A stretch of DNA of 40,436 nt from Candidatus Omnitrophota bacterium. Its GTDB lineage: Bacteria > Omnitrophota > Gorgyraeia > Gygaellales > JAHJCI01. Position numbers and translations under genes: made by a program. The notes below the pieces were generated by a model, which saw only the letters and a list, made by a program, of their open reading frames with translations, was not told the DNA's origin and did no database searches. Where the stretch lies: contig JADHWR010000002.1 of the NCBI GenBank assembly GCA_016783355.1, positions 1 through 40,436 of the forward strand, in the 5' to 3' direction. Each line of letters begins with the position of its first letter. The first letter of the stretch is position 1. Of this stretch, positions 16,566 to 24,506 are shown piece after piece.

Positions 16566-17527
16566 ATCCAATAAAGCGTGCGCAAGAAGTTTTGGATATT
16601 GAGGCAAAGGCAGTTCTAGAGTTAAAGAGACGTATCAGTAAGGATTTTTCCCGGGTTTTGGATTTATTGTTGCAAACAAAGGGTCGCGTTGTGGTCTGCG
16701 GGATGGGTAAGACCGGTATTATTGCGCAGAAGTTTTCCGCAACACTGGCTTCTACTGGCACACCAAGCCTCTTTTTACATTTAGCTGAAGCAGCACACGG
16801 TGATTTAGGCAGGGTTAGAAGCGATGATCTAGTCGTCATACTTTCTAATAGTGGTCAGACCCTGGAGATAAAACAACTCCTGCCTTTATTAAAGAAGATT
16901 GGCACAAAGATTATTGCCTTGACAGGAAATCCGAAGTCAGTGTTGGCGCTGCATAGCAATATAGTTTTAGATGTTTCCGTAAAGAAAGAGGCCTGTCCCT
17001 TGGGTTTGGCGCCGACGGCATCAACAACAGCAACCTTGGCGATGACAGATGCGTTGGCAGTTTGTCTTTTAGAATTAAAAAGATTCAAGGAAAAGGACTT
17101 TGCCTTTTATCATCCCGGAGGAATCCTGGGTAAACGACTGCTTCTGAAGGTTGAAGATATCATGCGAGAGGGCAAAGCCAACCCGATTGCCAAAGAGAAT
17201 GAGACTGTATCAGAGGTTCTTCTAAAGATTACACAGGCGCGTGCCGGATGTGCAACGATAGTGGATGAAAATGGAAGGTTAAAAGGCATATTTACCGATG
17301 GAGACCTGCGCCGGCATATAGAAACAGATAAGGATTTAGTCCAACGCAAGATCTGTCAGGTAATGACGAGGAATCCTGTGACAATCACTAAAGACAGACT
17401 TGCGGCAGAGGCAATGCGTATTTTGGAAGAGAAAAAGATTGATGAGATGCCTGTAATAGATAAACATAAAAGGCCGGTTGGTCTTCTTGATGTGCAGGAT
17501 TTGCTGAAGGCAGGGGTAGTAGTATGA
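16562..17527 (+). CDS. kdsD: Arabinose-5-phosphate isomerase (SIS domain plus two CBS domains)
   Basis: 321 aa. SIS motif VVVCGMGKTGIIAQKFSATLASTGTPS, followed by tandem CBS repeats. ATGA overlap with kdsA. Confidence 0.9.
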   Translation: MNPIKRAQEVLDIEAKAVLELKRRISKDFSRVLDLLLQTKGRVVVCGMGKTGIIAQKFSATLASTGTPSLFLHLAEAAHGDLGRVRSDDLVVILSNSGQTLEIKQLLPLLKKIGTKIIALTGNPKSVLALHSNIVLDVSVKKEACPLGLAPTASTTATLAMTDALAVCLLELKRFKEKDFAFYHPGGILGKRLLLKVEDIMREGKANPIAKENETVSEVLLKITQARAGCATIVDENGRLKGIFTDGDLRRHIETDKDLVQRKICQVMTRNPVTITKDRLAAEAMRILEEKKIDEMPVIDKHKRPVGLLDVQDLLKAGVVV

Positions 17528-18057
17528 ATACGAGAGAAGACCTGATTGAAAAAGCCAAAAAAATAAAATTATTACTACTGGATGTTGATGGTGTTTTGAC
17601 TGATGGCCGGATTGTTTACGATAGCAGAGGCAGGGATTTGAAGTTCTTTGATGTCCAAGATGGTTTAGGAGTTTATTTGCTTAAGCGCTGCGGGATTCCC
17701 ACTATTCTTATTACGGCCAAAGGTTCACGGGCAATAAAGCCGCGTGCAGAGGATATGCAGGTTGAGCAGGTTTTTACTGATGTTTCTTCTAAAAGTGAGG
17801 TGTTAGAAAAAATTCTTAAGAGATACAAGATTACAAATTCAGAGGCTTGTTTTGTTGGTGATGATTTGGTTGATTTAGGTATTATGCACAAGGTAGGTTT
17901 TGCCGTTGCTGTAGCCAATGCTTGTGCACAAGTAAAAGAATGCTCTGATTACATTACGCATAAACCAGGAGGCAGGGGTGCCGTAAGAGAAGTAATAGAG
18001 TTGATTCTTGAATCACAAGAAAGATGGCAAGAAATGCTGGCTTTATATTCACGTTAG
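17524..18057 (+). CDS. kdsC: Kdo-8-phosphate phosphatase (HAD superfamily)
   Basis: 177 aa. LLLLDVDGVLTDGRIVY and FVGDDLVDL. It sits in the canonical kdsD-kdsC-lptC-lptA-lptB order. Confidence 0.88.
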   Translation: MNTREDLIEKAKKIKLLLLDVDGVLTDGRIVYDSRGRDLKFFDVQDGLGVYLLKRCGIPTILITAKGSRAIKPRAEDMQVEQVFTDVSSKSEVLEKILKRYKITNSEACFVGDDLVDLGIMHKVGFAVAVANACAQVKECSDYITHKPGGRGAVREVIELILESQERWQEMLALYSR

Positions 18058-18845
18058 TTTTTTTTCTTTTTAGTATTGCTTCTTTTGCAACAACAGAGGA
18101 GCCAGAGAGGACTCTATCTGATTTTAATCTGAAAGGCTTTGGCAAAACAGGGAAGCTCGACTGGGAGCTGAGCGGCAAAAGCGCTGATATTTATTCTGAA
18201 CAAATAAAACTTAAACAGATTGTAGGAAAAAGCTACGATAGTGAAGAAATTACCCTGGTTGCTGATGAGGGAGAGTTTCATAAAAAAGAAAATAAAGTGC
18301 ACTTAGAGAAGAATGTGGAAATTTTAACAGAATCAGGGACAAAGCTTACTACTGATTATTTGGATTGGGACAAAGATAAACAGTTAGTCACGACTGAAGC
18401 TCTGGTGAATATCGAGAAAGATAATATGAGAACAGAAGCACTGGGCGCAGCGGCCCACACAGACCTTAAAGATATAGATTTAAAAAGAGACGTTACTGTG
18501 GAAATTACGCCAGAGGAGAAGAATAAAATTGTAATTACCTGCGACGGACCACTAAATATCAGTTATACCGACAACATCGCCATATTTAATAATAATGTTT
18601 TTGTTGACGAGGGAGAAAATCAGATTTATAGCGATAAGATGACTGTATATTTTGAGCAAGTTACGGCTGATTCAGGTAATATCGAGAAGATTGTTGCTGT
18701 TGGCAATGTTAAGGTTGTGCGTGGTGAGAATATAAGTTATTCGCAGGAGGCAACTTATAATGCAAAGGAGCGCACGATTACTCTGAAGGGCAAACCAAAG
18801 TTGGTAATCTATTCAGACGAAGCCGGCCTTGACAAGGCTCATTGA
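18024..18845 (+). CDS. OstA-like periplasmic LPS transport protein (LptC/LptA family), membrane anchored
   Basis: 273 aa. N-terminal hydrophobic anchor FIFTLVFFLFSIASFA and a beta-jellyroll-like repetitive region. It occupies the position that both lptC and lptA occupy in E. coli. Confidence 0.65.
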   Translation: MARNAGFIFTLVFFLFSIASFATTEEPERTLSDFNLKGFGKTGKLDWELSGKSADIYSEQIKLKQIVGKSYDSEEITLVADEGEFHKKENKVHLEKNVEILTESGTKLTTDYLDWDKDKQLVTTEALVNIEKDNMRTEALGAAAHTDLKDIDLKRDVTVEITPEEKNKIVITCDGPLNISYTDNIAIFNNNVFVDEGENQIYSDKMTVYFEQVTADSGNIEKIVAVGNVKVVRGENISYSQEATYNAKERTITLKGKPKLVIYSDEAGLDKAH

Positions 18846-19570
18846 AGATGCATTTACTGGAAACAAAAAATATAACAAAGCGTTATGGTGAAAGGGAGAT
18901 AATAAAAGGTCTGAACCTGGTGGTCAAACGCGGTGAAATCGTCGGTCTTTTAGGTCCTAATGGTGCAGGCAAGACCACTACCTTTTATATAATCGCCGGT
19001 ATTATTAGACCAAATTCTGGTTCAATTTTCTTTGACAATCAAGATATTAGCCGATTTCCTATTCATAAACGCGCCAATTTTGGTATTGCTTACTTAGCAC
19101 AGGAACCCTCAGTTTTTAGAAAACTTACAGTGAAGGAAAATATTATGGCAATTTTAGAAACACTTCCCTTAAGTCGTGCACAAAGAAAAGAAAGATTGAA
19201 GTTTCTCTTAGAAGAATTGAATATTGCCCATTTGGCAAAAAATAAAGCTTATACTCTTTCCGGAGGAGAAAGAAGGCGTTTGGAGATTACGCGTGCCTTG
19301 GTGACTAATCCATCTTTTCTTCTTCTGGATGAGCCATTTTCGGGAATTGATCCTATTGTCGTAAACGAAGCGCAGGAGATAATTAAGGAATTGCGCAATA
19401 AAGGATTAGGAATATTACTTACTGACCATAATGTCCGTGAGACACTCTCGATTACTGATCGGGCTTATCTGATTGCCGAAGGCAGGATTCTTATTTCGGG
19501 TACAGCCGCAGATTTGATTAGTAATGAGAAGGCAAGGCAGATTTATCTGGGAGAGAAATTCAGGATGTAA
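18842..19570 (+). CDS. lptB: LPS export ABC transporter ATP-binding protein
   Basis: 242 aa. Walker A GPNGAGKTT, signature LSGGERRRLEI and Walker B LLLDEP. Confidence 0.92.
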   Translation: MKMHLLETKNITKRYGEREIIKGLNLVVKRGEIVGLLGPNGAGKTTTFYIIAGIIRPNSGSIFFDNQDISRFPIHKRANFGIAYLAQEPSVFRKLTVKENIMAILETLPLSRAQRKERLKFLLEELNIAHLAKNKAYTLSGGERRRLEITRALVTNPSFLLLDEPFSGIDPIVVNEAQEIIKELRNKGLGILLTDHNVRETLSITDRAYLIAEGRILISGTAADLISNEKARQIYLGEKFRM

Positions 19571-20442
19571 TGAAGACGCAAGTTAAAAAGATAGATGAGC
19601 ATAAAAGAGAATTACTCGTTGAGATAGAGGGTAATATTATTCAAGAGAAGTTCAACTCTGCATATGAGAAGATCGGCAGGAGCGCAAGGGTCCCTGGTTT
19701 CCGGCAGGGCCTTGCCCCAGCCCATATTCTGGAAAGGCATTATTTCAAAGAAGTAAAAGATGAGGTTCTAAAGCAACTTATCCCCGAGTTTTATCAACAA
19801 GCCCTAAGCCACGAGGGCTTAGAGGCAGTAAGTCAGCCGCGGATTTCTGATGTGAACCTGACAAAATCCAGATTGAGTTTCAAGGTTGATTTTGAAGTAA
19901 GACCAAAAATAGAATTAAGAAATTACAAAGGACTTAAAGTAGAATATAAAAAGATAGAGATTCTTGAGGAGGAGGTAAAGAATTACCTGGATAAGTTAAA
20001 GGCGCAATCAGCCCTGCAGGATGAAAATTGGGTGCGCAGCTTCGGTTATCCTAATCAAGAAGAATTAGAAAAGGCAATCAGGGCGCAGGTTTATTTGGAG
20101 AAGAACAACGCCAGGCGTGTAGGACTCGAAAACAGCATTATAGAACAGTTGCTTAAACAGATAAATTTCAAAGTACCGCCTGCGTTATTAAATCAGAGTC
20201 TGGATATTTTAGTCGAGCGTGCCAAGTTAGAATTGGTATCCATGCACGGCAAGACAAAAGAATTTATTGATGGGCAAGAGAGTATATTAAGACAGAATTT
20301 AGAACCCCAGGCCGAGAAAGAGGCAAAGATTTATTTGATAATGGAGGAGATTGCCCGCCGTCAGAATATAGAACAAAATGAGCAGAGGAGAGAAATGGTA
20401 ACCAGGTTTTTATTAAAAGAGGCACAGTGGAGGACAGATTAA
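19570..20442 (+). CDS. Trigger-factor-like protein lacking the PPIase (FKBP) domain
   Basis: 290 aa. The N-domain carries the TF signature GFRxGxxP (VPGFRQGLAP). The sequence then continues directly into TF C-domain-like sequence (FGYPNQEELEKAIRAQV...VPPALLNQSLDILV). About 140 aa of a full TF are absent. Confidence 0.7.
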   Translation: MKTQVKKIDEHKRELLVEIEGNIIQEKFNSAYEKIGRSARVPGFRQGLAPAHILERHYFKEVKDEVLKQLIPEFYQQALSHEGLEAVSQPRISDVNLTKSRLSFKVDFEVRPKIELRNYKGLKVEYKKIEILEEEVKNYLDKLKAQSALQDENWVRSFGYPNQEELEKAIRAQVYLEKNNARRVGLENSIIEQLLKQINFKVPPALLNQSLDILVERAKLELVSMHGKTKEFIDGQESILRQNLEPQAEKEAKIYLIMEEIARRQNIEQNEQRREMVTRFLLKEAQWRTD

Positions 20443-20467
20443 GAAAGGGTTAGAAAGGAGAGCTTTT

Positions 20468-20938
20468 ATGAGGATTATGGATTTTTTAAGTAAAGAAGCA
20501 ATAGTTTGTAGTTTAAAATCAGTAAAAAAAGAAGATGCTTTACGCGAACTCTTAGATACACTGATTGAAGCGGGGGAGGTTGAGAAACGCCATAGAAACA
20601 AGTTACTTGAGGCATTATTGGCACGTGAGGTCCTGGGTTCAACAGCAATTGGTCAAGGCGTAGGTATTCCTCATGCAAAGAGCGATAGTGTTAAAAAACT
20701 TGTTGCTGCCTTCGGGCTTTCCTCCAAGGGGGTCAATTTTGACTCTCTTGATGGAGAGCCAGTATATATTTTCTTTCTTTTACTTGCACCCGGAGACTGC
20801 GCTGGTCCCCATCTTAAAGCTCTGGCAAGAATCTCCCGTCTTTTAAAAGATAAATATTTTCGTGATAGTCTTCGCCAGTGCAAAGATAATAAATCTGTAG
20901 TTAAGGTAATTATCCAGGAGGACGAGAGGAAGATTTAG
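20468..20938 (+). CDS. ptsN: PTS EIIA-Ntr-type protein
   Basis: 156 aa. EIIA(Fru/Ntr) fold with active-site region GQGVGIPHAKS. It lies downstream of lptB, as in proteobacterial rpoN-region operons. Confidence 0.85.
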   Translation: MRIMDFLSKEAIVCSLKSVKKEDALRELLDTLIEAGEVEKRHRNKLLEALLAREVLGSTAIGQGVGIPHAKSDSVKKLVAAFGLSSKGVNFDSLDGEPVYIFFLLLAPGDCAGPHLKALARISRLLKDKYFRDSLRQCKDNKSVVKVIIQEDERKI

Positions 20939-20957
20939 CTATTATGGGGAGGAATTA

Positions 20958-22217
20958 ATGATCAAGAATAGCGCCTGGCAGAGGATGAGGGAAGGATTGA
21001 AATGGCTTTATCCCGGCATTGGCATAAAGCGCTGGGGTTTGCTTTTGGTTTTTGGCATAGTCATTGTTATCCTTGGCGCATTAGATTTAAATAAAACACA
21101 ACCTCTCTTTCTTAAGATATTGGATTTACTCCTGATCATTCTCGGGATATTGCTTTTGCTAATTGGTATCGTTCGCCTTATACATGCTTTTTTCATCTTC
21201 TTTTATCCTGAAGCCTTAGAGAAAAAGGGATTTGCTGATAATATATATCGCCGCCGGCGTCTTGAGCGGGGGCCAAATGTCGTGGCTATCGGAGGAGGAA
21301 CAGGCTTGTCCGTACTGCTGAAAGGTCTTCGTGAATACACCTTTAATATCAGCGCCATTGTTACTGTTGCTGACGATGGGGGTTCTTCCGGAAGGTTGCG
21401 CCAGCAATTTGATATCTTGCCGCCGGGTGATATACGTAACTGTCTGGTTGCCTTGGCTGATGCCCCTGCTTTAATGAGCCAGCTTTTTCAGTTTCGCTTT
21501 GATAAATTCTCCGAGTTTTCCGGACACAGCTTTGGAAATCTATTTATTACGGTGATGACCAAGATTACCGGTGATTTTGACAAAGCCGTTAAAGAATCAA
21601 GTAAGGTTTTGGCAATACGCGGACAGGTTATTCCCTCTACCTTAAATAAAGTAATGTTATCTGCCGGTTATAAGGATGGCTCAATTGTTAAGGGAGAAAC
21701 AAATATACCGAAGGCAGGTAAACCTATTGCGAGCGTTTGGCTTGACCCCAAGAATTCGAAGGCAAATCAGGAGGCATTATTAGCAATCAAGCAGGCAGAG
21801 ATGATTATTTTGGGTCCGGGCAGCCTCTATACAAGTATTATTCCCAATTTACTCGTTAAAGATATTACTGAGGCAATTGTTGCATCAAGTGCACCGCGAG
21901 TCTATATTTGTAATGTTATGACTCAACTCGGTGAAACCGATAACTTCAGTGCTTCGGATCATCTGAAGGCACTTATTGAGCATACAAATCCGAATATTGT
22001 TGATTACTGTCTTTTTAATACAGGTGATATCCCTCAGGAGATAAAAGAACGTTACGCAAAAGAAGGCTCTTTACTTGTGCCTACTGATACATCTAAATTC
22101 AATAGTTTAGGTTATCATTACATTGGAGAAGATGTTGTTGGCGTCTTTGATGGCTGTGTTCGTCACGACCCTTCAAAGCTTGCGCACACGCTTATTGGAT
22201 TGCTTGAGGAGATTTAA
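20958..22217 (+). CDS. YvcK/CofD-family (UPF0052, gluconeogenesis factor-like) protein with N-terminal two-helix membrane anchor
   Basis: 419 aa. Hydrophobic segments WGLLLVFGIVIVILGAL and LDLLLIILGILLLLIGIV, followed by VVAIGGGTGLSVLLKGL, TVADDGGSSGRLR and ILGPGSLYTSIIPNL. Confidence 0.8.
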   Translation: MIKNSAWQRMREGLKWLYPGIGIKRWGLLLVFGIVIVILGALDLNKTQPLFLKILDLLLIILGILLLLIGIVRLIHAFFIFFYPEALEKKGFADNIYRRRRLERGPNVVAIGGGTGLSVLLKGLREYTFNISAIVTVADDGGSSGRLRQQFDILPPGDIRNCLVALADAPALMSQLFQFRFDKFSEFSGHSFGNLFITVMTKITGDFDKAVKESSKVLAIRGQVIPSTLNKVMLSAGYKDGSIVKGETNIPKAGKPIASVWLDPKNSKANQEALLAIKQAEMIILGPGSLYTSIIPNLLVKDITEAIVASSAPRVYICNVMTQLGETDNFSASDHLKALIEHTNPNIVDYCLFNTGDIPQEIKERYAKEGSLLVPTDTSKFNSLGYHYIGEDVVGVFDGCVRHDPSKLAHTLIGLLEEI

Positions 22218-24256
22218 TGGAGAAATTGAATTTACTTTTAGCTGTCCATTGTCATCAACCGCAGGGCAATTTCAAACATATTTTTCGTCAGGCCTATCAG
22301 GAGGCATATCTACCATTTATTGAAGTCTTAGAGAGACACCCTTCGATAAAGATTGGCTTGCATTATTCAGGTGCTCTGCTTAATTGGCTAAAGATAAATT
22401 CCCCGGAATTCTTAAAAAAAATAAAACGAATGGTAAGGAATAATCAGATTGAGATTCTGGCTGGTGCCTATTACGAACCCATCCTTAGCTTAATTCCTGA
22501 GGATGATGCCATCGGCCAAATCCGGATGCTTAAAGAAGAAATTGCCGATATATTTTCTTACGAAGCAAAAGGTGCATGGCTCGCCGAGAGGGTTTGGGAG
22601 CCCCAAATGGCCAAGTGCTTAAATCTTGCTGGTATTGATTGGACCATTGTTGATGATTCGCATTTTCGCTCTTGCGGTCTTAATAATCCAGAGTTACCTT
22701 CTGGCTATTATCTTACGGAGGAAGAGGGCCATATCTTAAAGATTTTTGCTGCCTCTGAAAGACTGCGTTATCTGGTGCCCTTTAGGTTGCCCGGGGAATC
22801 TATAGGTTACCTTAAAAATTTATATGAAGAGCATAAGATAAGGTGTGTCTCTTTTGCTGATGATGGTGAAAAATTCGGTCTGTGGCCCGGAACATTTAAA
22901 TGGGTATACAAAGAGTCTTGGCTCGATAATTTTTTCCAGACCATTGAAGAAAATAGCGACTGGATCGAGACCTTGAGCTTTGAAGATTTTTTAAATAAAA
23001 ATCTACCTGCACAAAGGGTTTATTTAAATTGTGCCAGTTACCGGGAGATGATGGAGTGGTCCGGTGGTTTTTTTCGCAACTTCCTAGCAAGATATAGCGA
23101 AGCCAATTGGTTGCATAAGCGAATGCTCTATGTCAGCCAGAAGTTAAGTAAGCTCAAAGCTCAAAGCGCAAAGCGCAAAGCTCAAAAACACAAAAACTTA
23201 CAACTTATGACTTATGACTTACGACTAAATGATGCTCAGCGTCATTTATATATGGCGCAGACAAATGACGTCTATTGGCATGGTGTTTTTGGTGGTTTGT
23301 ATCTTAATTATTTAAGGGGGACTGCCTATTCTAATCTTATTGAGGCAGAGAAGCTTATAAGAGGAAAAAGGACGCCTTCCTTTGAAGAGCTGGATTTAGA
23401 CTGCGATCGGAAATTAGAGGTGATTTTAAACGGGAAAAGCCTTTCCTGTTTTGTTAATGTAGAGGAGGGAGGTGCTTTAAGGGAGCTGGATTATAAGCCA
23501 AAATCGCTAAATCTTATTAATACCTTAATGCGCAGACCAGAAAGCTATCATGCAAGGATAAAAGCAAGGGAAACCCAGCCTGTGACGCAGGAAGATGCAA
23601 TTCAGAGTATCCACGAAATAGAAAGGGAAAGACCTCCCGGTTTGGAGAATTTTCTTTTTTATGATTCGTATCCGCGTTATTGTGCCTTGGATCATTTTTT
23701 TAATGAGGGGGTTGGTCTTGCGGATTTTTTAAATTCGCAATATCATGAATTAGGGGATTTCATTCAGGGCAGATATAAGTATTCGATAAGAAAAGGCAAA
23801 GAGAGACTAACTTTAACAATGGTGCGACAGGGAAAAGCAGGTAGTTGTGATTTAGAATTAAAAAAGGCGATTACACTAACAAAAAAAGAGGAAGACTCTC
23901 TCTTTTTTGATTATTCCATCAGGAATAGAGCAAGCACAAGTACGCCACTGTGTATGGGGATAGAGTTTAACCTTTCCGTATATGATAATGCTTTAAGCAG
24001 CAAAAAAGGCATCCTGAAGAACATTAAAAACTTAAGCTTGCTTGATCAATGGACAGGGTTGATTTTAGAATTTTATTTTAGTGACTCTTTTGATGCGTGG
24101 CATTTTCCCATAGAGACGGTTTCTGATTCAGAAACTGGTCGTCTGAAGAGGACTTATCAACAGTTGTGTTTGTTGTTTGTAATGAAGCTTAAGCCAGAGA
24201 AGGACTTTACGATAAAGCGAACAATAAGGATGAAGATTAAGGCTGATGAAAATTAA
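22217..24256 (+). CDS. Glycoside hydrolase family 57 protein (alpha-glucan acting)
   Basis: 679 aa. N-terminal LAVHCHQPQGNF (the HxHxP-type GH57 region), AERVWEP and FADDGEKFGLWPG. Confidence 0.8.
   Translation: MEKLNLLLAVHCHQPQGNFKHIFRQAYQEAYLPFIEVLERHPSIKIGLHYSGALLNWLKINSPEFLKKIKRMVRNNQIEILAGAYYEPILSLIPEDDAIGQIRMLKEEIADIFSYEAKGAWLAERVWEPQMAKCLNLAGIDWTIVDDSHFRSCGLNNPELPSGYYLTEEEGHILKIFAASERLRYLVPFRLPGESIGYLKNLYEEHKIRCVSFADDGEKFGLWPGTFKWVYKESWLDNFFQTIEENSDWIETLSFEDFLNKNLPAQRVYLNCASYREMMEWSGGFFRNFLARYSEANWLHKRMLYVSQKLSKLKAQSAKRKAQKHKNLQLMTYDLRLNDAQRHLYMAQTNDVYWHGVFGGLYLNYLRGTAYSNLIEAEKLIRGKRTPSFEELDLDCDRKLEVILNGKSLSCFVNVEEGGALRELDYKPKSLNLINTLMRRPESYHARIKARETQPVTQEDAIQSIHEIERERPPGLENFLFYDSYPRYCALDHFFNEGVGLADFLNSQYHELGDFIQGRYKYSIRKGKERLTLTMVRQGKAGSCDLELKKAITLTKKEEDSLFFDYSIRNRASTSTPLCMGIEFNLSVYDNALSSKKGILKNIKNLSLLDQWTGLILEFYFSDSFDAWHFPIETVSDSETGRLKRTYQQLCLLFVMKLKPEKDFTIKRTIRMKIKADEN
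23151..23227. repeat. Eleven consecutive heptads inside GH57, in frame
   Basis: Units are agctcaa, agctcaa, agcgcaa, agcgcaa, agctcaa, aaacaca, aaaactt, acaactt, atgactt, atgactt, acgacta. It encodes KLKAQSAKRKAQKHKNLQLMTYDLRL. The unit series resembles the left half of the intergenic element at 33682. Confidence 0.85.
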
Positions 24257-24506
24257 GAAAAAAATCATCGTTAAAAACAAACAAGGCTTGCATGCACGGC
24301 CGGCTGCCTTATTTGTTCAATTAGCCAATAAATTTAACTCTCAACTTACTGTTTCTAAAAATGGCAGGAGCGTCAACGGTAAATCAATTATGGGCATCCT
24401 TTTGTTAGGAGCAGAGAAGGGAAGTCATATTTCTGTTGAGGCACACGGAGATGATGCCAAAGACTTAATTTCTGCTTTAGAGGAATTAGTAGGGGGGCAG
24501 GAGTAA
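24246..24506 (+). CDS. ptsH: Phosphocarrier protein HPr (or NPr)
   Basis: 86 aa. His15 motif GLHARPA and Ser46 motif NGKSIMG. Confidence 0.9.
   Translation: MKIKKKIIVKNKQGLHARPAALFVQLANKFNSQLTVSKNGRSVNGKSIMGILLLGAEKGSHISVEAHGDDAKDLISALEELVGGQE

Noticed and set aside
18024-18057. Possible frameshift or pseudogene at the kdsC / lptC-like overlap (34 nt)
   Set aside because: Both ORFs are full length with intact termini. The overlap is compatible with an alternative downstream start for the OstA-like protein.
19570-20442. Annotating this ORF as rpoN or hpf because of its position after lptB
   Set aside because: The sequence has trigger-factor N- and C-domain features (GFRxGxxP). It has no sigma-54 RpoN box and no HPF/YfiA features.
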